The notes beneath the pieces were generated by a model. The model worked only from the letters and a program-made list of their open reading frames with translations, did no database searches and was not told the origin of the DNA. DNA of 63,980 bases, counting the filler, from Octopus bimaculoides (Eukaryota): NCBI RefSeq assembly GCF_001194135.2. It is 4 parts of 3 records of this genome, joined end to end, with 100 filler letters (N's around TTAATTAATTAA, not from the genome) between each part and the next. Parts side by side here need not be neighbours in the genome. Positions count along the whole stretch, not along the records: positions 46,942 to 62,853 come from NC_068989.1; positions 62,954 to 63,980 come from NC_068989.1; 2 more parts are not named here. One strand, 5' to 3'. Made by a program: the position numbers and the translations under genes. Of this stretch, positions 53,210 through 63,980 are shown one piece after another (positions within the stretch are counted from its first letter, which is position 1; the number at the start of each line of letters is the position of its first letter).

Positions 53210-53629
53210 ACACACACACATATATGCGTAAATGCATGCACTTATGTGTATATGTATATATATATAGATATAGATATTGATAGGAAGGGAAAAAGAGAAA
53301 GAGCAGAGAGGTGTATTGTGGTGAATTTCTTTGGGAAGATATAAAAGGTAACGGATCGTTCATTACTTCTGAAAAGATCAGATTAGAATAAAATGCCATT
53401 CTCAGGTTTATACGTAATACTTCCATACTGAATTCCTTTATCGGCCTGTAACGTAGGAAAACAATTCTTTTGTTGTGAAAGGTGTACTCTATTATTAAGT
53501 ATTCTACTAAGCAAGTAGAAACGTTTTCTGTTTAATCTTGCATTTAGTACAACAACAACAACAACAACGACAACGACGACAACACCAACAACAACAACAA
53601 TAACAACAATAACATTAATAATGATGTGT

Positions 53630-53993
53630 ATCTCTGACCAAGAGCAGAAGATGTGAGGGGTGCATCATAGCCATGTTTTGAGAGGAATTCTCTGGAGTTT
53701 GAATAATTCATCTCTGGAAACGTGGATGTTTCGTTCAGCATCCTTAAACATACCTTATTCAGGGACCTTTTGAGCAGGATGGGCTACTCAATATGAAGAA
53801 AATTGTAAACTGGGCTCCACCGGCATGGCCATGCACTGTTTATCTTGATATGAGATCACCATGTCCTTGCATATATTTGTGATGCATGTGTCTGGTGTAC
53901 CCTTATCGGACGAGTAGTCATGATGAGTATACTAGAATTCCTATATTTTACACTAGTGTCACTTTGATGGCGTGCACCGCTCGCTCCCTTGAT

Positions 53994-53995
<2 letters not shown>
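53630..53995 (+). mobile_element. Unclassified interspersed repeat, copy 2
   Basis: Collinear with 17322-17600; followed by (TAC)n(AAT)n. Confidence 0.7.
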
Positions 53996-54052
<57 letters not shown>

Positions 54053-54073
54053 GATAATAATAATAATAATAAT

Positions 54074-54600
54074 AAGTGAATGCAGCATCCTGGCACAAAG
54101 AATACAAGAAAAGACATGACAATCTAAGGAGAGCAATCCACTGGGAGCTATGTAGAAAGCTAGGACTTGAACATACTGATAAATGCTATGAACATGAAAC
54201 TAGTAAACACCTAGAAAGTAAGAAATATAAGATGTTTTGGGACTTTAATATTCCAACTGACAGAGTAACAGAAGTTGGACGGCCTGATTTGGTAGTAGTA
54301 GATAAAGAGAATAGAAAATGCCAGATAATAGACTTTATAGTCCCAATGATGAAAACATCAATGTGAGAAGTATAGAAAATTAGCAAAGTAACTAGACCCA
54401 GCTGTTGACTTACAGAGACTATGGAAAGTGTGGATAAAATTATCCCAGTAGTTATAGGTGCAGTTGGCGCTATTCCTAAATATCTAAAGAGAAATATAGA
54501 GGAAATAGCATAAAACCCAGTTTAGTACAGCTCCAGAAAACAATGTTATTAGGGACATATAGGACACTTAGGAGGTTTCTTGGCATTTAATGTTACTTGT
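54074..54600 (+). mobile_element. R4/Dong-like LINE 3' fragment, another subfamily
   Basis: KEYKKRHDNLRRAIHWELC...FWDFNIPTDRVTEVGRPDLVVVDKENRKCQIID, IIPVVIGAVG; 5' end abuts (AAT)n. Confidence 0.85.
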
Positions 54601-54729
54601 TGTAGCCCGATGTTAGGATCACCTGTATTGCAGCCCTTATTTCTTCCACATACTTCTGAAGATTTTTACTCACACTTTCCAGGGCTCCGATGTTAGGATC
54701 TTTTCTTTTCCAACAGTCTAATCTGTTGA

Positions 54730-55380
54730 GTTTATATGAAAATAATAATAATTCCACTTTACTTTCATTCGTTGTTGGAATCCCCTTCTGCTAGGTTTAC
54801 TCCTGATTCAGCATTCAATTACCGTTCGGTTTGCCTCCTTATTCCACTTTCTTCTCTACCTCTATCTTTGTGTACAGGCAGTCTCTGGGTCCTGCGCAAC
54901 TCAACCACAGAACACCTGCCGGGCGAAAAGCTTTCACTTTTGGTTCCAGCATCATTATCACCGTTATTTGATACATTTGTATTAGTAATTTTCACTTAAC
55001 ATTGAGGTATGTGTTCTAAGTTTATCGATACACCATCCCTAGTAAGATCGTCACGTAAGACTGCAGAGCACTTACTGAGCACTTACTACCCATAAGTTGG
55101 GTCTGTTTCCTTCTTATTTCTATGTGTTGGGGGAAGATGATCATGATGCTAACTACGAGATAGGTGAGAGTCAGTTGGTCTCGTATCTTCATCCAATTAT
55201 TGCTCCAGGATTAAGTCCCGATTCGCTGTTCATTTGCCTTCATTTCAGGCATGGAGACGTTAGACACTGACAGAATGTCCTCACTGTGACTAAGGAGTCC
55301 TACCTACTCCAGTTTTAAATCAGAGTATTCCTTCTCCTAGGTAGATTGCCAACCAAGACTCACGAGTTCTGTCTACCCGT
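54730..55380 (-). mobile_element. Possible RTE-like LINE 5' fragment
   Basis: Minus-strand GGCAATCTACCTAGGAGAAGGAATACTCTGATTTAAAAC resembles RTE 5' UTRs; a broken hydrophilic ORF follows. Confidence 0.3.
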
Positions 55381-55719
55381 TTTCGGAATGGCCATTGACA
55401 CTTCTTAGTTCCTATGCCTCTACCGGGCTTTGTTTTTAATCCCGCAGGGTGTCGAAAATACACTCTCCTCACCGAGAAACAAGCTTAGTGGACTTGCCGG
55501 TTTAGTCGCCGTCGACTCGACAGTTTCACAACGTCACTTGTTAACCATTATGGGTAATTATCAACCGAGGTAATTATTTACTTGTTCACTATTATAATTC
55601 TATTATTACTACTATAATTCATATCTTGTTATTTACTTGTTACTACTTTAGTTTGACAAATTTTACTATACTTATAATAATACTATAAGGCCGAGAGGTC
55701 CTAATATCGTCTCCTCTCA

Positions 55720-57186
55720 TTTCTTAAGACAACAAATAATGATTTTTGGTAACCACCTATGTTTCTTCCTTATATCTCAATATTGACCATGATGAAGGGG
55801 TAGAAGCATGCATGTATGCCTTCACAAAACGGTCTAACAAAAGTATTCCATCAAATTTCCCCTGTAGGCTATTGAGGTTCGTGTTACAAAGTAGCACAAT
55901 GAAGTCTGGACAAAAAGTTTACAACCAGAGGAGGGGGCGCGCCATGGGTAACCCCATGGCAGTTACTTTCGCTAATATCTGCATGACTAAATTCGAGACA
56001 GTTGCTGAAGTTATTTAAATCCCTACATGGTCATGAACTAATACTCTCGTTACGGTTCATTGATGACGTCTTTCTCGTCTGGGAAGGATCACAAAATAGT
56101 TTATTTGATTTCCTGCATTTCTGTGACTGTTATGGTAAAAGCCATGGCTTTAAGTCCAACATAAAATTGACGTCTAGTTTTTCAAAAACTAACGTTGAAG
56201 TTGTGGAAACAAAAGTTAAGTTTTCTGGACGCAGAATAGTGAGTTATTTTGGAGGCCCACGTCATCTCACATTTACCTCCATCACCGTTCCGATCATCAT
56301 ATAATTCGGTCAAACCCGAAATCCCAATTTTTGAGGATAAAACGAATTTGTACTGACAGGTAATTATGTTATACGCGGTTATAGTGAATCACGATTAAAG
56401 AGAACTATTTATCTCTATTCCTGATTCCAATAAAATAAACATTGTAGTATGTGCACAATGTACCTTGAAAAGCAGTCGCAAGAGATGTAAGCCCGATTCA
56501 TTGTACAACAAGTGAATTCCATCAGGAATCATAAAAGAAATGTAATGATTTATACAGAAGGTGGGACATAGAGCGATTCCTATTTAGCGTACGCGACAGA
56601 ATGCAGGAAACACAACTTGATTTATGTTGGTTGTACAACAGGACATTTAAACAAAAGATTTCACAGAAATGACGTCAGGCACATTAACAGTAGTTCGACA
56701 GAATTTGCCGAACATTTTGATTCGCACGGCTGCAATTTTGAAAAAGATTTGAGAGTGCATATTCTCAGAAAATATGCCGAATCTGCTTCACTTTCAATAC
56801 TCAAAATAAATGAGAAGAAATATGTTTGCGGGTTATTAACGTCACGCCCTGTTGGAATGAATAAAATGACATGAGAATATAATCAAATTTATAAAAATCT
56901 CTTAGATTAAATATTTTTCTTTTTCCATCCTTTTCTTTTTAGTTTAATTTTTTTTTTCACTTTTTCTTCTGCCCTTTTCTTTTCGCCTGTTATAAAATTG
57001 AAACTTAAAGCTTAATGTCGTCATTCCATTAAAGTGTGGACGCTGGTTGCTGACGTTCATTATTTAGATTTGAATTGCTATAATTTTGAATCTTTATCAC
57101 TTTTTATTCTGAATACGACAAAGACAGGCTTGCTGTCGAAATATCGTTCAACCAATAAAATATCTATTACAATCGCATCGCGCTCT
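55720..57186 (+). mobile_element. Penelope-like element copy A (second lineage)
   Basis: VSSLYLNIDHDEG, RGRAMGNPMAVTFANI, RFIDDVFLVW (RT), IYVGCTT...KRF (GIY-YIG); ends ...CGCGCTCT before (AAT)n. Confidence 0.9.
57110..57150 (+). ncRNA. Variant hammerhead-like motif, PLE copy A
   Basis: UGAAU-ACGACAA-A-GACAG-gcuug-CUGUC-GAA-AUAU-C-GUUCA. Confidence 0.55.
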
Positions 57187-57201
57187 AATAATAATAATAA
57201 T

Positions 57202-57234
<33 letters not shown>

Positions 57235-57255
57235 AATAATAATAATAATAATAAT

Positions 57256-57297
<42 letters not shown>

Positions 57298-57334
57298 AAT
57301 AATAATAATAATAATAACAGTTCTTTCTACTTGA

Positions 57335-57490
57335 AGCACAAGATCTCAAATTCACAGTCAATAACTGGTAGTTATTTAATCGACTCCGAAAGGATGGAAC
57401 GGAAGGTTGTCCTCGGCGGGATTTGAACTCAGAACAAGCGGCAGACGTAATACTGCTAAGTGTTTTGCAGTTAACGATTCTGCCACCTCA
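57335..57490 (-). mobile_element. SINE family 2 fragment
   Basis: ACTGGTAGTTATTTAATCGACTCCGAAAGGATG...TTTGAACTCAGAAC. Confidence 0.7.
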
Positions 57491-57495
57491 CCACC

Positions 57496-57617
<122 letters not shown>

Positions 57618-57676
57618 AATAATAATAATCTGAAATTATTGACGTAACACTTCACAAAGGTAAAGAGACATGACGA

Positions 57677-58890
57677 AGAGCGCGATATATAGATATTTTA
57701 TTGGTTGAACGATATCTCGACAGCAAGCCTATCGTTGTCGAGTTCAAAATGAAAAGTGATAAAAATTCAAATTTATAAAAATTCAAATCTATATTATGAA
57801 CGAGAGCAACTAGCGTCCACATGTTGATGGAATGACATCATCAGTTTTTAAGATTCAATTTTATAACAGGCGAATAGCAAGAAAGACAGAGAAAAAACGA
57901 GAAAAAACGAGAAAAAAGGAAAACAAAACGGAAAGAAGATGGAAGAAGAATATTTAATCAAACAGCTTTGTGTAAATTTTATGATATTCACCTGTCATAT
58001 TATTTATTTCCTACAGGGCGTGATGTTAATGATCCGCAAACATATTTCTTCTCATTTATTTTGAGTATTGAAAGTGAAGCAGACTCAGAATATTTTCGGA
58101 GACTATGCAGTTTCAAGTCTTGTCCAAAATTGCAGCCGCTTGAAACGAAATGTTCAGCAAGTTCTGTCGAACTACTGCTAATGCGTCTGACGTCATATCT
58201 GTGCCCATTAAATCTGTTGTTTAATTGTTCTGTTGTACAATCAACATAAATAAAGTTGTGTTTCATGCATTCTGCCGCGTACACCAAATGGGAATCTCTT
58301 CATGTCCCACCATCTGTATAAATCATAACATTAGTTATGATTCCTGATGGAATTCACTTGACTCATGTTGTTGCACAGTGAGCCGAGCTTACCTCTCTTG
58401 CGGCTGTTTTTCAAGGTATATTGTGCAGATACTTCAATATTAGTTTTCTTAGAGTCAGGAACAGAGGTCAATAGATCTCTTATATTTTCACTCCGTCTAA
58501 AGGCTACAATAGGCAGCCGAGGAAGTATTTTGTGAAACGAGGATACTTTCGTGGAACATGCTGGTAAATTTTGAAATACCAGCGAAATTTCGAAACCGTT
58601 TAATTACTAAAGGAATTCTGCCACATATTGCATTGTGTTTACTATAGTTATACGTGACAGTTTGACTTTCTTTGCTAATCTTAACTATCTCCTTTAATCA
58701 CGATTCACTGTAACATCCATGGTTATTAAAGATAGTTTTCGATATAGGTTCGGTGCTTAACAAACTACTTGATTTTAAACACAGAATCAAAAGTATTCCG
58801 AATATAGGAATTTGATCTTTTTACGATAGGGAGTAGAAAGCTATCCAGCCATTCCGAAATCTTGGCTGTACAACATTCATATCCGCTGCA
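57677..58890 (-). mobile_element. Penelope-like element copy B, internally deleted
   Basis: SGYECCTAKISEWLDSFL...SYIRNT (RT start), jump to post-RT linker, GIY-YIG ORF 58000-58287, same 3' end as copy A. Confidence 0.9.
57706..57746 (-). ncRNA. Variant hammerhead-like motif, PLE copy B
   Basis: UGAAC-UCGACAA-C-GAUAG-gcuug-CUGUC-GAG-AUAU-C-GUUCA. Confidence 0.55.
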
Positions 58891-60663
58891 AGATTTCGAA
58901 ATATTTGGATGGCTTTCTACACCTTGTTGTAAAGAGATCAATTTCCTATATTCGGGATACTTTTGATTTCGTGTCAAAAATCAACAACTTTCTTAAGCGC
59001 CGAATCCATATCGAAAACTATTTTTGCAAACCATGGACATTTCACCCTTATATCTCAATACTGACGACGATAAAGGGGGTAGAAGCGTGTATGGATGCTT
59101 TCGAAAAGCAGTCAAACAAAAGTATTCCATCAAATTTTCTCTCTAGGTTATTGAGGTTTTTGTTACAAAGTAACAGAATGAAGTTAGGACAAAAATTTTA
59201 TCCCCACACTAATGGTTCGTGACTCGGGTAACCTCATGGCTGTTAATATTGCTAATGTCTTCAAGACGAAATTCTAGACACAGTTACTGAAGACATTGAA
59301 ATTCCTACATGGTCATGAACCAATATTTTCGTTACGGTTCGTTGATGACGTCATCTATGTCTGGGAAGGATCACAGGATAGTTTAATTGACTGTGATAGT
59401 TTCCTTGACTGTTATTCTAGCAGCTCTATATTTAAGTGCAACATAGTTTATTAAAAACTAGCGTTCAATTTTTGGAAAGAAAAGTTAAGCTTTCTGGAGG
59501 CAGAATAGTGACAGATTTATTTTGCAAGCTCACGGCATTCCACATTTACCTCCACCACACTATATAATTCGGTTAAATCCGAAATCACAATTTTGAGGAT
59601 AAAAAGGACTTGTACTGATTTAGGGGATTACTGGAAACATGCAAATAATTTTGTACACCATTATATCAAACGAATTTTCAGTGAATCACGATGAAAGGAA
59701 ATTGCAAATGAGATAGCTAAGATTAGCAAAATAAGTCAAACCGTCACGTATAATCATAGCAAACACAATGCGATATGTGACAAAATTCCTTTAGTGATTA
59801 ACTGGTACCGAAATTTCAAAAGTGTTGCATGTGTGTTACCAGCATGTTGCGGAAAAATATCCTCGTTTCAAACAGATATTTCCTCAGCCGCCTATTGTAG
59901 ACTTTAGACGGAATAAAAACACGAGAGAACTATTGCTCTCTATTTCCGACACTAAGAAAACTAACATTGGAGTATCTGCACGCTGTACCTAGAAAAACAG
60001 CCGCAAGAAATGTGAGCCCGATTCATTGTACAATAACATGAGTCAAGTGAATTCCATCAGGAATCATAACAGAAATGTTATGATTTGTACTGCCTGTAGG
60101 ACATGTAGTGATTTCTATTTAGTGTACGCGACAAAATGCACGAAACACAGTTTCATTTATGTTAGTTGTACAACAGAACAATTATACAAAATATTTAATG
60201 AGCACAGATGTGACGTCAGGCACAAAACAGTAGTTTGGCAGAAAATGTCGAATGTTTTGTTTCAAACAGCTGCAATAATGAAAAAGACTTGAAAGTGCAT
60301 ATTCTCAGAAGATATTCCGAATCTGCTTTCCTTTCAATACTCAAATTGTCTGAGGAGAAATATGTTTGCGATTTATTACCACCATGCCCTGGAGGAGTGA
60401 ATAAAATGACAACAGAATATCATCAAATTTACGCAAAACTGTTTGATGGAATATTCTTCTTCATTTCCCTTTCCTTTTTTTTTCTCGTTTCTTTTCTTGC
60501 CTTTTTTCTGTCTTTTTCTATTCGCCTGTTATAAAATTGAAACTTAAAAACTGATAATGTCATTCTATCACCAGGTGAACGCCAGTTGCACTCGTCCATA
60601 ATTGAATTTCATAATTTTGAATTTTTATCACTTTTATTTTGAACTCGACAAAGACAGGCTTGC
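58886..60663 (+). mobile_element. Penelope-like element copy C
   Basis: KISKYLDGFL...SYIRDTFDF, RFVDDVIYVW, GIY-YIG FIYVSCTT; 3' end lost in a gap. Confidence 0.9.
60640..60663 (+). ncRNA. Variant hammerhead-like motif, PLE copy C, truncated by gap
   Basis: UGAAC-UCGACAA-A-GACAG-gcuugc then Ns. Confidence 0.45.
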
Positions 60664-60763
60664 NNNNNNNNNNNNNNNNNNNNNNNNNNNNNNNNNNNNN
60701 NNNNNNNNNNNNNNNNNNNNNNNNNNNNNNNNNNNNNNNNNNNNNNNNNNNNNNNNNNNNNNN

Positions 60764-60802
<39 letters not shown>

Positions 60803-60819
60803 GAATAAATAAAAATAAT

Positions 60820-62636
60820 ATAGCGATCAATGCAGCACTAACAGCAGAAGTGGAAGAATTTTATAAAGAAATATGTTTGGCGAAGGAACAACCTTAGAAA
60901 AGATCTATCAAAACAATGAACACAGCAGCTGAACAACTCTGGTCATTTTATAAAGAAATATGTTTGGCGAAGGAACAACCTTAGAAAAGATCTATCAAAA
61001 CAATGAACACAGCAGCTGAACAACTCTGGTCAAGAGGCCACCCAAACACTGCAAAAACTAAGCAACTAGAAGGAACCCGGGCACGACGAGATCCCCAAAT
61101 TCTGGTTAAAATATGTAACGGGAACACATAAAAAGCTGGCTGAGAAATGTAATGAAATATTAGCAGAGCCAGTGACAATGCGTGAATAGCTCATGGAAGG
61201 GAAAACTATTCCAATTCCTAAAATCCACTGAAACGGCAAATCTACAAAATTACAGACCTATAACCTGTCTCCCTCGTATGTACAAAGCCTTTACTGCAAT
61301 AATATCGCAGATAATGGGCAAACATATGGAAGAAAATAACTTGATTCTAGAAGAGCAGAAGGGATGTTGTAAAGATCAGCTACTGACCAATAAAACTATA
61401 ACAGAAACAGCCGCATAAAGAAAATGGGTCTAATTTTGGCCGGGATCGATTACCGAAAGGCTTTGATAGCATTCCCCACACATGTATCCCAGAAGCACTA
61501 GCTACGAACAAGGTAGCTTGAATAATCATAAAATATACAAAAACATTCCAGAGGAAGGCTAGTTAAGAGTAGCAACATCACACCATAACCACAATAACTA
61601 CTTCGGAAGCAAGGAAACTAATACAAATAGCCATATTACATGAACAAAACAAAAGAACTTTCTTCAGTCTTTAGGGAAGCTGACAAATATAAAAAAGAAG
61701 TTATAGTGCCTAACAAATATAAAGAAAAAGAGTAAACAGCAAAAAGCTGTAAAACAACCGAAATTCAAACTAAAACTGGAACAGCAACGGATCATGATAA
61801 AACGATGGCAAGAAAAGCCCCTTCATGACAATACTGGTTAAACTAAACAGAAAAGAAATAAACAAAGCAAAATCCCAACAATGGCTGAGAAGATCAGGAC
61901 TCAAAGTAGAGACGGAAGGATTATTAATTGCAGAACAAGATCAAATCCCTCCCACCAGAAATCACCAAAAATATGTAATGAAAAGAAATACAAGTAACTG
62001 CAGAATAATGTAGTGATGAAGAAGAACAATAAATCACATTGTCTCTGCCTGTCCAGTCCTGGCTAAGAAGGAGTATATCCACAGACACAACAGAGTTGGG
62101 ATCTATATATACTATGGACTAAAAACAGAAAAAGATGGTATAAGTGCACACCAGAAAAGGTTACTGAAAAGTAGAAAGCAACCATTCTCTGGGATATGCC
62201 ATTACACACTGATAAAGAAATTAAGGCCAATAGACCGGATATAGTTATCAAAGATCACCAAGAAACAAAATGCTTTCTAATCGATGTATTAATACCAACA
62301 AATGACAATGTTTCTCTGAATGAAATGGAGAAACTTTCAAAATGCAAATATCTAGCAACAGAGACAACTCGAATGTGGAGCCTAAAAACAGAAACGATTG
62401 CTATCCTAGTGGGTGCATTATTTATGATAAAAATACATTCAGACAAATACATAACAAAAGCATCAGGACATAACAAAAACACCAGCATGGAGCACTACTA
62501 GGCGCCGCACACATCCTACACAAAACACATTCAATAGAGTGAAAATAAGAGCACCACAGCAAACCACAACATATACCTAAGGCACATAGAGCTGCGCTTT
62601 GTAGTGCAGTGAAAGCACGTGATAAAAATAAGACTA

Positions 62637-62640
<4 letters not shown>
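60820..62640 (+). mobile_element. R4/Dong-like LINE, internally deleted, flanked by (AAT)n
   Basis: NYRPITCL...EEQKGC...KDQLL, KAFDSIPH (RT), CCHC with INHIVSACPVLAKKEYIHRH, RLE KANRPDIVIKD...CFLIDV; AAT arrays at 60763-60800 and 62640-62700. Confidence 0.92.
60858..61032. repeat. Perfect 87-bp tandem duplication
   Basis: ATTTTATAAAGAAATATG...CTCTGGTC repeated at 60858 and 60945. Confidence 0.95.
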
Positions 62641-62701
<61 letters not shown>

Positions 62702-63450
62702 TAATTAATTCGTTTTATTGGCCACAAGGGCTAATATCTATTAAAAACACATAAGGACAAAGACAGGACGAAGGTTACAAAAGGTTTTGTCCGAAAAGGT
62801 AGGAAAGTTCGTCTAAACAGAGGAAGAAAACGGAGAAAAATTTAAATAAATAGNNNNNNNNNNNNNNNNNNNNNNNNNNNNNNNNNNNNNNNNNNNNTTA
62901 ATTAATTAANNNNNNNNNNNNNNNNNNNNNNNNNNNNNNNNNNNNNNNNNNNNTACTTGGTTCATAGAATAATGCCAATGATGTTACTGGTACTTGCTTT
63001 ATAAACTCTGCAGCAATAGAAATTCAATAATACCAACGAGATTCGAAGTGTCGTACCGATTGAAGAAAAAAAATGTATCATCTCTTTTGTAACTTTCTCC
63101 AGTGGTGTTAAATATCTGAAGGATGAGCAATGCATTCAGCTGAGATTTGAAACCTGACATCGAAGCAGCTTTTTGTTGCCGTTCTTTGTTGACTTTTATA
63201 TATTCTGAGATTAGCATATTCAATCAACAACAACAACAATAACAATAACAATTCTTTGTCACAAAAGCCCATACATTCAATACAAAACAGGACGTGTGGA
63301 GATATACATATGAGTGTGAGTGTGTCTATATGTATGTGTGTGTGTTTCTATGTATGTCATTATTCAGTTTATTTCAAGATTTCTTGCCAATAGAGAAAGA
63401 ACCGGTCTCTAAGGAACATGCTGAACTGGTTAAGGTTAAGCAACTGACGA

Positions 63451-63539
63451 GCAAATCTGTGGTATTGAACAGAATATTTGCAAATCTGTGGTATTGAACA
63501 GAATATTTGCAAATCTGTGGTATTGAACAGAATATTTGC
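63451..63539. repeat. 29-bp tandem repeat, 3 copies
   Basis: GCAAATCTGTGGTATTGAACAGAATATTT at 63451, 63480 and 63509, identical. Confidence 0.95.
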
Positions 63540-63674
63540 TGTAGCCCATCTTTTATACCAAGACATGATAACATGTACATGATAACACTTCCAATCAGTT
63601 AAAATCAAAAATCATGAGAGCCAATGCCTGGTACTGCATCAGGGAATCACCGCATCAAGGCATTATTATTATTA

Positions 63675-63980
63675 TTGTTCAGTAGTCTTATTTTTATAAC
63701 GTGCTTTCACTTCACTACCGAGCGCAGCCCTGTGCGCCTTGGGTATGTGCTGTGGTTTGCTGTGGTGCTCTTATGTTTACTGTATTGAAAGTGTTTTGCG
63801 TAGAATGTGTGCAGTACCCAGTAGTGCAATTTTCTGTATGTTATATATATTTGTAAGTCCTGGTGTTTTTGTTATGTATTTGTCTGAATATTTTTTTTAT
63901 TATACCTAAGGCACCTACTATGATAGGAATTGTTTCTGTTTTTAGATTCCACATTCGAGTTATCTCTATTTCCAGGTCTT
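63675..63980 (-). mobile_element. R4/Dong-like LINE 3' end, cut by the window edge
   Basis: Matches 12743-13000 and 42453-42708; abuts (TAT)n at 63662-63676. Confidence 0.9.

Noticed and set aside
63451-63539. CRISPR-like array
   Set aside because: 29-bp units are contiguous with no spacers, in eukaryotic DNA with no cas genes.

Overview
Eukaryotic, AT-rich, repeat-dense genomic DNA with roughly 5 kb of N gaps. The SINE families and microsatellite spectrum look like an octopus (coleoid cephalopod) draft assembly; this is an inference, not verified. I cannot support any intact protein-coding gene, rRNA, true tRNA or CRISPR array, and most ORF-track entries are translated microsatellites or gaps. 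The window is a retroelement graveyard. It holds five decayed Penelope-like elements (PLEs; RT and/or GIY-YIG) of two lineages, six R4/Dong-like LINE fragments with restriction-like endonuclease (most next to (TAA)n tracts), one Gypsy remnant, CR1/L2-group 3' ends, four tRNA-derived SINE families, mariner-type and hAT-type MITEs, and probable piggyBac and mariner transposase remnants. Most interesting: (1) a complete minimal type I hammerhead ribozyme at 43057-43102 with an inverted sister copy; (2) a hammerhead-shaped motif in the 3' ends of three PLE copies with a U3-A8 compensated, C4 variant core; (3) those PLEs arranged tail-to-tail and head-to-head with a flush fold-back junction; (4) an unexplained non-coding inverted repeat with ~1.1 kb arms at 47220-49873; (5) a cluster of four hairpins at 40583-40725. 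A few splice-site-bounded candidate exons suggest the window may lie in the introns of a large gene, but no product is recognisable.
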